This document shows, piece after piece, positions 24,225 through 37,055 of a DNA stretch of 64,000 bases. Location: NCBI RefSeq assembly GCF_006345805.1, contig NC_042999.1, positions 6,820,001-6,884,000 on the forward strand, written 5' to 3'. The position numbers and the translations under genes are program-made. How positions within the stretch are numbered: position 1 is the first letter of the stretch; each line of letters starts with the position of its first letter. The notes beneath the pieces were generated by a model. That model was given only the letters and a program-made list of their open reading frames with translations. It made no database searches and was not told the DNA's origin. The DNA is from Octopus sinensis. Its lineage: Eukaryota.

Positions 24225-25500
24225 AATATAGAATGGTATTTTTCTGCATTTCAACAATGCGAGTTTTAATTCCAACCTCTTTTAGTCTTTCAGGCAGCAT
24301 TTTGGTCGTTGTACTTACTAAGTGCACCAATTACTATAGGAATCATTGTCTCGGTCTTCCACAGTCTCCTTAGTTCTCTTGCAAGATCCGGATATTTCTA
24401 AATCTCTTCGGTTTCTCCGGCATTGACTCTGATATCACAGGGAATTATTACAAAACCTGATCTTACATTTCTTAGTTTCTCCTCTACAATCATATCTGGT
24501 CTCCTTGCATCAATGGTTAAGTCAGTCTTTATGGCGAAGTCCCACATGTTCTTGTGATCCTCATTTCCTATCACTGTCTCTGGTTCGTGCTCAAACCACT
24601 TTTCTGTTGGTTTCAAGCTACACACTCGGCTAACGTTCCAACACACACACACACTCTCTCTCTCTCTTGCCTACACACTCATGCCTGTATATATATATAT
24701 TCCTTTTGTACTAGCACACTCCACTCTCGCAAGAGACGATTGATACCCTCGTCCCCTTTCCTCCAGATTCTACATTCGTTGTCTGAGTTTTGTCGATCGT
24801 TACCTTTATCAAATTTGTTTTGTCTCTCGTTTCAAGTTCCATCCGCCAACCAAAGTCAATTATCTTCACTCCCAACATGCTCGGTTTTCGCATGAATTGG
24901 CCATGCCATCCTTTTCTCTTCTACTGTTTTAGTCACTTTTTGGGCATCTCTGGTTGCCGAAAGTTTTCTTTCTCTACTCTGCACAACACATTTTCTTCAG
25001 ACCCACCATTAACAGTGCCTTCCACCTCTAGTAATCCTCCAGCACCTTCCCTTCTTGACTGCAAGAGTCGGCAGGTATTACTTTTAGGATTGTGTTGCGT
25101 TGTGTATTATGAGCAGCAGCTGTCTGATTCTTATATCCAAGTTCTGTAGCTCAACTTTTGTCCATTTAAAAAAGGGAGCAGAGTATCTCAATGGCTTTAA
25201 TGATATTCCCTTCATTTAATTCTCTCTCCAACTCTTTCCCAATTCTCTTTTTATTCTTTAGCGACTTTCTTTTCCATTTCCCTTTCCATCATCCTATAGT
25301 TTTGCAGGCATTTGAAATCCTCATCATTTCACAGCGATCTAATGATGTCGTCTTGTGCCATCAGAATTTATTTCCCAGCCTCTCTTCACAATTAGTTCTG
25401 TGCACTTTCCTGCTCCAAACAGAATTCCAGTGTCTTCACTGAATATTCTCAGTTCGTGTTTTAGGTCCCGATGTTCTATTTTCTCACTTTTTTCTACCAC
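24225..25500 (-). pseudogene. Degenerate R4/Dong-like LINE ORF (RT C-terminus to RLE)
   Basis: Minus fragments ELRIFSEDTGILFGAGKCT, LQNLDIRIRQLL, SRREGAGGLLEVE, WHGQF, EKWFEHEPETVIGNEDHKNMWDFAIKTDLTIDARRPD, KYPDLARELRRLWK, in R4-clade order. Confidence 0.75.
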
Positions 25501-25599
25501 TTTTGTATCAAACAGACTCCTTACAGCAATTAAGAAAAAACAATCTTTATTTAATATACCTCTATTTGGTTGAAGTTTCGTAAATCACAATACATCTAC

Positions 25600-25878
25600 A
25601 TGGGCGTTTTCAAGGACGTAGCCTGGTTTATGGTCAAACCATGTTTCCATATATTTAAATCCATATTTTGTAAAAAGATATTTCAAATCTATTATTTTAG
25701 TGACCTCCACTTCTTAAAGACCGTCTGACCACCCATAAACATTCAGAGACTATATGCGCAACTTCACATTCTACATTCAATCAAGATGTCTAATTTATCT
25801 AGGTTCTTCCTCATATAACTTATTTTGATTGCTTGATTACTCGCAGCTGGTATTAAGGAACAAACTTTATCCTCTTAA
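25600..25878 (-). pseudogene. R4/Dong-like zinc-knuckle region fragment
   Basis: NQAIKISYMRKNLDK...ECRM, HIVSEC, KYGFKYMETWFDHKPGYVLEN. Confidence 0.6.
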
Positions 25879-26271
25879 CTAGCAGTATCACCCGGCGTTG
25901 CTCGGTTTTGTTTCGACATTTTAGAATTGGAATTTTTGAAAAGTAAACATTTTGCATCATGTAGCTTGTTATTCTCTTTAAGTGAACATTTTTCTGGTTG
26001 AAATACACCGAAAAATGGCGACGCAGCAGTAAAAAAAATCTTTAAAAATTAGGATTTTCATAGAAAAAAAGCACCTTTTTGATGCAAATAATTTTTGGTG
26101 TTAACATGGTCCGATTTGAATTTTATCTTCTACGGAATGAAGAGCAAGCCTTCTTCTATCATACTTTCCATTTTGGTCAACTTGCGCCGCAGGGTTTCGG
26201 AGGAGATAGTGTTAGTTGAAGGCTACCAAACCTGCCACACACAGACAACTTCAGCTTTATATATAGAGAGA
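25879..26271 (-). mobile_element. Non-autonomous Helitron (~393 bp)
   Basis: Minus: A|TCTCTCTATATATAAAG ... CCGAGCAACGCCGGGTGATACTGCTAG|T; homologous over its length to 57776-58172. Confidence 0.85.
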
Positions 26272-26284
26272 TAGATTGAGTAAC

Positions 26285-27430
26285 AGCTAGGCCTCAGCGC
26301 TTTATTTGTATTCTGGTTGAAGATCAGCATCCCATAATACCTTTAAATGTCCTTTGCAAGGATGCGTTCTATTTGATGGTCATGCCATTTTCTCATATGT
26401 TCAAATCCATATTTTTTTTACAGATTCACCAATATATTATTTTACCAATCTTCTCATGCCTCCAGTGCTTATAGACTGCCTGACTAAGCATATATACTCA
26501 AAGACTATAAGTGCGACCATCTCTTCTCTTTCCTCACTCATTCTACATTCAACCGAGTTGTCTCCTTTATCTATGATCTTCATGATGTACCATATCCTGA
26601 TTGCTTAATTCCACACAACCAGAGTCAAACCCTTTGTCCCTTTCTTTCTTCCTTTACCCATTGCAATGACTTCTGATTATGATACCCTTCACTGTTTTGA
26701 AAGGAAAACTTTCCATGTAAACTTTTCTATGCATGTCGTTGTAACGAGATCTTCACTTTTCTTTTCTCTCAACCAACACATTCTCTCTTCTTGCTGCTAT
26801 TAAAAGCTTCCTTTTGCTGCCAGCTGAGCACTTCTTTAATCTTTCTATTTCTACTCATACACAGTCTTCTAAACTTATCAGTCTTCTAAACTTGTCATTC
26901 TTCTTTCGTCGTTCTTTCTCTTCAAAGTCAATCTGTCTACATCTGCTTGCGGTGTGAAGTGCAATAAACCATCAGTAATTTCTTTGGTTTCTATTTACGT
27001 TCTCAAAAACTTTTTATCCATTCGGTTATTCCAGCGCTGTTCCCAATGTTAGCTACGGTTCTTGAGTTTATGGCAGTGATGGTATTTATTCCATTGAGTT
27101 TGGAATTTAGTATTTCCTTCATCCTTCCAAAATATTCTCCTCATAATTTATCTTTCATCGTCCTTCTTTTATACCAGCATCTTCCAAGACTCTCACATAT
27201 TCAAATCCATCGTCTGCATCAATCTTTGATATCTTCTCATTGTTCAGTAAATTTAATCCGTCACTTTTATGGTATTACTGTTTTATTCCTCACAAAGATT
27301 CCATCCTTGGAAACGCACCATTTCATTCTGACGTCATTGCTCAACACTCTCACCTTATTGACAAGGGTCTCCGATTCCATCTCAGTCTTGCAGCAGAAAT
27401 TTAGATCATCCATGAATAACAAAATCTTTT
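26285..27430 (-). pseudogene. Degenerate R4/Dong-like LINE ORF including the RT catalytic motif
   Basis: LLFMDDL at 27422-27402, then ETLVNKVRVLSNDV, MKEILNSKLNGINTITAINSRTV, QADVDRL, KSLHGKF, ECRMSEEREE, KWHDHQIERIL..KVLWD. Confidence 0.8.
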
Positions 27431-27558
27431 AACTATCTCTTGATCTTTTCCAAGGCTATTTCTAGTGGTGGGAAACAAACACAGACCTTAAGACACACAC
27501 GCAAAAACACACACAACACACACATACACACACAGACACACATACACACACACATACA

Positions 27559-27598
<40 letters not shown>

Positions 27599-27867
27599 AC
27601 GGGATTCCTTCAGTTTCTGTCTATCAAAGGTTTCCACGCAGTGGGATTGAACCCGGAACCATGTGGTTGGAAAACAAGCTACTTACCACACAGACACGCT
27701 TGCACCGATGTAAATATGTGAACAGTTTCAGAAAAACTGAAAAAAATCTGTCTTTTGTAAAAAGTCCCGCTAGGGATGTCTCCGCTTCTCGCAGCATAAG
27801 GAATGGGTTTTTGTTTTTAAAATTGTGGAGCAAAACTGCTTTCCTCAGTGAATGGTAATAAAATCCT

Positions 27868-28262
27868 GAGCAGAGTGGCTGTGTGGTAAATAGCTTGCTT
27901 ACCAACCACATGGTTCCGGGTTCAGTCCCACTGCGTGGCACCCTGGGCAAGTGTCTTCTGCTATAGCCCCGGGCCGACCAATGTCTTGTGAGTGGATTTG
28001 GTAGACGGAAACTGAAAGAAGCCTGTCGTATATATATATGTATGTGTGTGTGTGCGTTTGTGTGTCTGTGTTTGTCCCCTTAGCATTGCTTGACAACCGA
28101 TGCTGGTGTGTTTACATCCCCGTAACTTAGCGGTTCGGCAAAAGAGACCGATAGAATAAGTACTGGGCTTACAAAGAATAAGTCCCGGGGTCGATTTGCT
28201 CGACTAAAGGCGGTGCTCCAGCATGGCCGCAGTCAAATGACTGAAACAAGTCAAAGAGTCAA
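27868..28262 (+). mobile_element. SINE family A, near full length
   Basis: Matches the other A copies; directly abuts a family C SINE in the opposite orientation. Confidence 0.9.
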
Positions 28263-28264
28263 AG

Positions 28265-28627
28265 ACGAAGAGGGTTCCACTTGATCCGATCAACAGAACA
28301 GCCTGCTCGTGAAATTAACCTTCAAGTGGTTTAGCACTCCACAGACCCGTGTACCCTTAACGTAGTTTACGGGGGAGATTTATTGTGACACAGAGTGAGA
28401 CAAAGCTGACCCTGTTGAAATACAGGTACAAAAGAAACAGGAAGAAAGAGTGAGAGAAAGTTGCGGTGAAAGAGTACAGCAGTGTTCGCCACCCTCCCCT
28501 GTCGGAGCCTTGTGGAACTTTAGGTGTTTTCGCTCAATAAACATTCACAACGCCCGGTCTGGGAATCGAAACCGCGATCTCACGACCGCGAGTCCGCTGC
28601 CCTTGCCACTGGTCCATTGAGCTTCCA
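28265..28627 (-). mobile_element. SINE family C
   Basis: Homologous to 4700-5100 along its length. Confidence 0.85.
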
Positions 28628-28632
28628 TTCTA

Positions 28633-28716
28633 TCTGTGTGTGTGTATGTATGTATGTATGCATGTATGTATGTATGTGTGTGTGTGTATGTATGTATGTA
28701 TGCATGTATGTATGTA

Positions 28717-28747
<31 letters not shown>

Positions 28748-28874
28748 ATGTATGTATGTATGTATGTGTGTGTGTGTGTATGTATGTATGTGTGTATGTA
28801 TGTATGTATGTATGCATGTATGTATGTATGTATGTATGTGTGTGTGTGTATGTATGTATGTATGTATGTATGTA

Positions 28875-28909
<35 letters not shown>

Positions 28910-28975
28910 ATGTGTGTATGTATGAATGTATGTATGTATGCATGTATGTGTGTGTACGTATGTGTGTGTGTGTAT
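28633..28975. repeat. Compound (TATG)n/(TG)n microsatellite
   Basis: Directly visible. Confidence 0.95.
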
Positions 28976-29019
28976 GTCTTTGGATATGGTTATACGTGTG
29001 GGCATCTTTTAACCTTCGT

Positions 29020-29253
29020 CTTTTACTTTTTCACTTATTTGACTGCGACCATACTGGAGCACCGCATTGAAGAATCTTTAGTCGAACGAATCGATCGATT
29101 AATTGTTTTAATCCTGGTACTTGTTCTATCGATCGTGTTTGTCGAACCGCTAGGTTACAGGGACATAAATACAATAACACCGGTTGGTGGTGGGGGCAAC
29201 CATAAACACAAAGACACATACACACATATGCATACGCACACACATATGCACGT

Positions 29254-29316
<63 letters not shown>

Positions 29317-29430
29317 CGACGGGCTTCTTTCAGTTTCCATCTACCAAATCCACTCAAGTCTTTGAACACTTGACAAAGGTGGTGCTGAAACCGGTATCAT
29401 GAAGTTGGGAAGCAAACTTTTTACCACACT
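29020..29430 (-). mobile_element. Older SINE family A copy
   Basis: Diverged tail (GACTGCGACCATACTGGAGCACCGC on plus), internal CA/TA tract, ACGACGGGCTTCTTTCAGTTTCC. Confidence 0.75.
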
Positions 29431-29712
29431 GCCGCGTCACACCTGTGTGTGTGTGTGTGTGTGTGCATGTTTGTACAAACTTGTGCTCACGCTCACAGAC
29501 TCGCGCATGCGTTATAACAATTAAGAACGAGTTATTGAAGGAGCGTCTGCCTGGTGCTTAAAACTGTCTCAAGATGACAACTTAATACCCCGCCGCCCCC
29601 TCATATGATGCCACTGTCATCTCTGAAAAAGAAATGATTCAACAAATTGTGGGATTGTGACAGTTGGATTGTCTTTGATGAGGGTTAAACAATAACTACC
29701 ATATGTATATAT

Positions 29713-29792
<80 letters not shown>

Positions 29793-29927
29793 TATACATA
29801 TATATATATATACATATATATATATATGTATATATATATACGCACGCACACATAAATACATACATACACACATACATATATATATACATACATACACACA
29901 TACTTACATACACACATACTTACATAT

Positions 29928-29976
<49 letters not shown>

Positions 29977-30840
29977 GTATACACGCACACATAAAAACAC
30001 ACACAAACACGCACATAGACTCATATACACATACGCACACATCACACACACATACACCTGCACGCACATATGCACACACATACACACATATATAGCCATG
30101 CAAGTATACATAGGTACATTCAGGCACGTAGCTACAGCATCTCCCGCACCACAGTCTTTGATCAACTTAATCAAATTGTTTGTATGAATTGAGATCAATA
30201 CGAAGGCTGTACTGGATCCGTGTGCAATCTTAATAGACAATATAATTTTCAACTAATTTAATTAGTAATTAAAATGGCAGCAATGTAACACTTTCCCGCC
30301 ACACTCTTAAACTCACACACACACACACATACAAACACACGTGTGTCTATATAATTATATATGAGAAAGTTTCCCCAATAATCTAATTAAACCGAAGCAA
30401 ATGTACACAGATTAAAGGAATGTTGCTGTGGTTTGGAGTCTGTTGTTTTTGACATAGTTAAAATTTGGTGTTAATTTGGTGAAATTAGTAACTGTGTTAA
30501 TTAAATTCAATGTGAACTTTGTCGTCTATCAGAAGTGACATACAAACTTAAATCATTTAAATCAATTATTTATTTATTTATTTACTTTTTATCAAAATTC
30601 TTCGTCTTTGTGTGTTTGTTTTAGAATTAGAAACGGTTCGTGTATTTCTTTTCGTGTTTTTGTTATTTTTTTGTTTTGAATCTAAACAAGTTGAGTTCAC
30701 GAAGGTCTGAAAACGTTAGGAAAACAGAATTATATACGTGTGCGAATTCTGCATGAATTAAGAAACGGCGGCGGCGAATGAAGTTTTTGTAAATGGAATT
30801 ATAAAACTTCTATTTACAAAATATATATTGTCTATATATA

Positions 30841-31011
30841 GGCGCAGGAGTGGCTGTTTGGTAAGTAGCTTGCTAACCAACCACATGGTTTCGGGTTCAG
30901 TCCCACTGCGTGGCATCTTGGGCAAGTGTCTTCTGCTATAGCCCCGGGCCGACCAATGCCTTGTGAGTGGATTTGGTAGACGGAAACTGAAAGAAGCCTG
31001 TCGTATATATG

Positions 31012-31044
<33 letters not shown>

Positions 31045-31275
31045 CTGTGTTTGTGTGTCTGTGTTTGTCCCCCTAGCATTGCTTGACAACCGATGGTGGT
31101 GTGTTTACGTCCCCGTAACTTAGCGGTTCGGCAAAAGAGACCGATAGAATAAGTACTGGGCTTACAAAAGAATAAGTCCCGGGGTCGAGTTGCTCGACTA
31201 AAGGCGGTGCTCCAGCATGGCCGCAGTCAAATGACTGAAACAAGTAAAAAGAGTAAAAAAAAAAGAGTAAAGAGT
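30841..31275 (+). mobile_element. SINE family A, full length
   Basis: Complete head, internal microsatellite and tail. Confidence 0.92.
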
Positions 31276-31537
31276 ATAGGAAACAGTCTATTCTTATGGC
31301 ATATAAGCAAGCACCAGTAACGGAAACAAAAATGAGCAGGAGTACGCGTGGGAACGGAACCCACATCTCTTATTTTTGCGATAAGTCTGCTACCCGATTA
31401 CCACCAACATACCCAACCATATTTTCTCTGCTAAGTTTCATGGCAGTAAATATGTAAACATGTGCGAATCCTGCGTGAATCTGGAAACGGCAGCGAATAA
31501 AATTTTTATAAACAGAATCATAAGCCTCCACCGTATA

Positions 31538-33251
31538 TCTTTATATATAAAAGTGAAGTTGTGTGAGTGTCTGTCCCCTTCGATTTAGATTCCTAACTAC
31601 TCCTACATTTTGCGGTGCAGTTTAACCAGAACCGGGTATCTTATAGTCGTGATTCATATCGAGCCCTCTGGGTATTAGCGTGCGTCTACGATGAGTCTAC
31701 GATTTTAAAAATAATTTAACATCATTTTTTATTCCATTTTTAATGCATAATTTTTCGTTTGTCGATGGCGGCGGAGTTGGCGTCCATGGTCACACCTGCA
31801 CCTGTTTGCTTCTCCCCCTTCTTCCCTCCCTCATGAAGCTGTGGGGAAGGGAGTTTAAGGAAATCAACGTCGTAATGCGTTGTCAAGGAGACCAGCGTTC
31901 TTTTAGAACAACGACTTCATGGCTTGAAGACACCAAAACAAAAATGGCTAAGAAAGCCCGAATTTATAAGGGAAGTAACTCTCTAAAAATGCTTATATAA
32001 TTATTTCCCTTACAAACCCGAGCAACGCCGGGCGATACTGCTAGTCTTTATATATAAAAGTGTAGTTGTGTGTCTGTCTCCTACGATTTAGATTCCTAAC
32101 TACTCCTACATTTTGCGGTGCAGTTTAACCAGAACCGGGTATCTTATAGTCGTGATTCATATCGAGCCCTTCTGGGTATTAGCGCGCGTCTACGATGGGT
32201 CTACGATGAGTCTACGATTAAAAAAAAAAATTACCATCATTTTTTTCCATTTTAATGCATTTTTTTCGCTATTATATAAGGGAAGTAACTCTCTAAAAAT
32301 ATCTACGATGAGTCAACGATTTAAAAAAAAATTTACCATCATTTTGTTTTCCATTTTTAATGCATTTTTTTGCTAATTTTTGGCTATAACTCTCTAAAAA
32401 TGCTTATATAGTTATTTCCCTTACAAACCCGAGCAACGCCGGGCGATACTGCTAGTCTTTATATATAAAAGTGAAGTTGTGTGTCTGTCTCATACGATTT
32501 AGATTCCTAACTACTTCTACATTTTGCGGTGCAGTTTAACCAGAACCGGGTATCTTATAGTCGTGATTCATATCGAGCCCTTCTGGGTATTAGCGCGCGT
32601 CTACGATGAGTCTACGATTTAAAAAAAATTTACCATCATTTTTTTCCATTTTAATGCATTTTTTCGCTATTATATAAGGGAAGTAACTCTCTAAAAATAT
32701 CTACGATGAGTCAACGATTTAAAAAAAAATTTACCATCATTTTGTTTTCCATTTTAATGCATTTTTTTGCTAATTTTTGGCTATAACTCTCTAAAAATGC
32801 TTATATAGTTATTTCCCTTACAAACCCGAGCAACGCCGGGCGATACTGCTAGTCTTTATATATAAAAGTGAAGTTGTGTGTCTGTCTCATACGATTTAGA
32901 TTCCTAACTACTTCTACATTTTGCGGTGCAGTTTAACCAGAACCGGGTATCTTATAGTCGTGATTCATATCGAGCCCTTCTGGGTATTAGCGCGCGTCTA
33001 CGATGAGTCTACGATTTAAAAAAAAATTTACCATCATTTTTTTCCATTTTAATGCATTTTTTCGCTATTATATAAGGGAAGTAACTCTCTAAAAATGTCT
33101 ACGATGAATCAACGATTTAAAAAAATAATTACCATCATTTTTTTCCCATTTTTAATGCATTCTTTTGCTATTTTTTTGGCTATAACTCTCTAAAAATGGT
33201 TATATAGTTATTTCCCTTACAAACCCGAGCAACGACGGGCGATACTGCTAG
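31538..33251 (+). mobile_element. Four-unit head-to-tail concatemer of a non-autonomous Helitron
   Basis: Units 31538-32044, 32045-32455, 32456-32852, 32853-33251; each starts TCTTTATATATAAAAGTG and ends with a CCCGAGCAACG(C/A)CGGG hairpin then GATACTGCTAG; outer flanks A| and |T. Confidence 0.9.
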
Positions 33252-36200
33252 TTGACTATATAAAATAGTCTGGATAACTCATGTTTGCCAACATGGAAAA
33301 GTCAATCGCCTTCTACTTCAAGAGTATAATACTCAGAATTGCAGGTTCGTATTCCATTGGTTTATATGTGTTATCCAATATATTTCCTTTCGGGGTCGAT
33401 AAATAAAGCACCAGTTTCGCACTGGGGTCTATGTAATCGACTTAATCCCTTTGTCTGTCCTTGTTTGTCCCCTCTATCTTTAGCCCCTTGTGGGTAGTAA
33501 AGAAATATATATATATAATAGTCTATTAGGGCATATAAGGGAGGGTGTAGGTTCGGTTCCCACATTAGCCTATTTCCTATAGTCAGCATACAGTAAATGT
33601 TTATAATTCTATTTTCATAAATAATGAAATTCATTTTAGATATAAGTCAATATTTCATGACTTTTGTACAACTCTTATTTCTTCTTGTTTCAATTTAAGA
33701 ATTTTAATGGTCGTGTGGATAAAATATGAGTCCTTTTACGGCATAAAGAGGTTTTAGTATTGTAAAGAGCGCGGCAGAAAACTCACACATTGTGCCGCTT
33801 AGCAAACTTTTCAACTGTAAACGCACGTCGTGAACTGACATAATCAAAAACCCTATGGACCACACAAACGGTAAAACATTAACGGAGACACAGGCAACGA
33901 CACCACCCACCTACTACCTCCTCTACCATATGTGCGTCAAGGTAACAGCAATGGAAGGTTCTGTATTCGTTTAGTCTTTTAATGGTTTCAGTCACATGAC
34001 TGCAGCCATGCTGGAACACCGCTTTGATTTATTTTCTCTCAGTTCTAATGTCTCTTTATGGCTGGAAGCTGGTCTCTGATTGAGTTTGTGGCATCTGATC
34101 TTCCCTGAGTGCATCCTTGAATGGTTGGCTGGTCCCGTATCGACAATAGTTTATCCAATGATTTTGTTTTTGAATGCTTCAGCAGATGTTCGTTTTATAT
34201 TCCTGATTTCTTTCGGAAGGCAGTTGAACGGTTGAGGACCTCTAAATATCAGACTGGTACAGGAGAGCGATTTTGCTCGTGGCTTCGAAGGTGTCTACGT
34301 TTGCAAGCTGACAGTCTCTGTCTGATCGTGCATTGAAGTTCTCTGCCGCTCTTTGTAATAGGAGAGGTGTGTAGAACTTGGGTGAAAGTACTTTCCAAAT
34401 TGTATGAGTTACAAATAATTGGTAACTAAAAAAATAAAAAGACAATGGAAAGAGCTTCATTAAATGCCAGACCGTTTAACTAATGTGAAGAATAAATACG
34501 AATGATCTTAACCAATCAGTTGATCAGTCTGACATGATATCGTAAATATCAGTCCAGCCCAATAAACATGTTTTCCCCCATGCACGAATTGATATCAGCT
34601 ATTAAATATTCGATAATGGACTCATGGCCATCATCAAAGAATTTATGAGAATCGTACATAATATAAAATAAAAGAAGACGATTTAACTTTTAACGACTGC
34701 AACTTTAACAAGTGCAATAAAACGTTATTAAAACTGAAAATTGTAGAAAAGTAAGAAAAAATTATTCCAGTAAAATGAAAATAATGAAGAGGACGACTAT
34801 TAAAATTTTATGTTGAAAAATGAGCCGAGTTAATTCTTCTGGTGTTTCTGCTCAAATGATTAATCTTGTTTCAAGTCCTTTTACACGAGGGATTAAGGTT
34901 TCATTAAAGCTGAAACATACTTGCTACCTATTAAAGGCAAGAAATGTAGAATTAGAATAGGAAGATAAAGAACTATTCATAGCTTTGCATTTTATTTTGA
35001 TGTTACGAATAAACTGTCATATTGAAAGCAGCGATTGAAGTTTTAAGAAGCAAAAGAAAATGAAAAAGAATTCATATATAAAATAACAAACAAAAACGAA
35101 GAAAAACACAGCAAACGATTTGATAAAATAAATAGCAGAGAAAATGGTGGACATTTTTCTGTAAATGACAAGTCTTATCAGAGTTTAATGTTCGAACTCT
35201 ACTTTTTGTCTGTAATCGAATATCAAAATGAAACACATTATATTTGTAAAAATTAATAAAAATAAAATAACAATAACAATACTAATTTCCCAGCTTCTTT
35301 GAAATTTGGTTTAAAAAATAATATTGCATTAAAAAAACATGTTTATGGTAAAAAAATAATAAATATTACAAAAATCATGTTTTATGGTAATTTTTGCGAA
35401 TATTTTGATTTGAACGTATTTTCTTTGCTGTAGGAAAATATTTTCCTATCTTGATGAAATGAAATAAAATAAAATAGTACAGTAATGAGAGAGAAAGTGA
35501 AGAGGATAGACAAAGAGACAAAGAGACGGAGAGGGAGAGAAACAGACAGAAAGAGTGAGCCACAGAAAACGAGAGAGAGGGAGAGAGAGAGCATAATAGG
35601 ATAGAATAGTTAGTGGAAATAGATAAATAAATAGATGCATAGATAGATAAATGGATAGATAAGTAAGGTGATAGATGATTAGATAAATATATGGATAGAT
35701 AGATAGATAGATAGAGAGGTTGATTGGTAGAAGGAGAAATAGATCGAATGGATGGAAAAATTAAAATTCGAGAGAGTGGGACGGAGGTGTGTGTAGAAAT
35801 TTAATTGACACGTTTGTAGAAATGTGTTTAATTATGAATGTATGTAGGTATGTATGTATGTGTGTGTGTGTGGGGGGGGGTGAGTGAGAGAGACAGGGAG
35901 AGTAAGAAAGAGACAGGCCGAGAAAGAAGGATTAGTTATTTTAATCAAATAATTTGTGCAAGATATTCTCAAGGAATAATTTTTGAGTTTTGAAGAAATT
36001 GCGCCAGAGGAAGAATGGAATCCCTTACAACCCTCTCTGACACTAAGGAATAATCCCCAGACCAGGAGGGACCTGATTGCATGCAGTTAAATAGAGTTCG
36101 TTCAAGATACTTAGGGGCCAGTAGCTCGTGTTAAAGTAGACGCCATATTAAAATGGTGGACATGAAGCATTCTGAGAACTTCCCCAGGGTGAGTGTATAA

Positions 36201-36553
36201 TCAGCTGTTCGTTTTGAGGAGTTGAAGCCAGCTCTTAGCCACTGTTGTTCCAGGTCTACTCTGTTATGAGCTAATTAGCATGTTACAGACTTACCTCCGG
36301 AAGAAGGTCCGCACTCCCCAAAGGCCCCTTTAGTTGCCCATCTAAGAGAAGGTAACTCCAAGCAAATCTTGGATCCTGGTAACGACTGGGCTCATGGCAT
36401 TTGTTACAACAGACCAATACAAGTTTGGAGGACAAGAAATTGAGACTGGTTCGGCACAAACCATACCTGCTATAATAATATTTATTGTGCTGGTTGTTCA
36501 GCAAAACCAGACACCAACACCATCATTCTTTTTAAGTCCCGTAGTGATAAGAG

Positions 36554-36625
36554 GCGACTGTGACAGGCAGACGTTGCGACAGTGACAGGCAGACGATGCG
36601 ACAGAGACAGGCAGACGATGCGACA
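36554..36625. repeat. 21-bp minisatellite, about 3.4 units
   Basis: GCGAC(T/A)G(T/A)GACAGGCAGACG(T/A)T repeated. Confidence 0.9.
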
Positions 36626-37005
36626 AGAAGTGTTCAGCCTTGACTCTGGATCCAGACGGCCATTGGGAGACCGTCGTTTTCAATAGTCTTACACTGTAGA
36701 GCTGTGTCTTGCGAAACCTTCATTCACAGAAGTGTTGAGTGAGTAAGTCCATCATTATATCACCAGCTAGACAAAATGGTAGGCTACCATGTTTAAAATA
36801 CTCATTTCTCAACCGAACCAATTCACCTAATCTTAAACAGGGTCTGTACAGAGGACTCCAAGAACCACCAAGAATTGTGTGTATATTTCAAACGTATTTC
36901 GCGATTGGCGAAGAGTTTTAGATTAAAATCCATCATAAGAAAGTCTCTTGGAAAACGTTGGTTACTATAAGCCCGAACCGTAGCAACGATATACAAGTTA
37001 TGATT

Positions 37006-37055
<50 letters not shown>

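Noticed and set aside
33855-33945. Possible first coding exon MDHTNGK...MCVK followed by GTAACA
   Set aside because: Short, with no recognisable homology and no downstream exon found; cannot be supported without RNA data.
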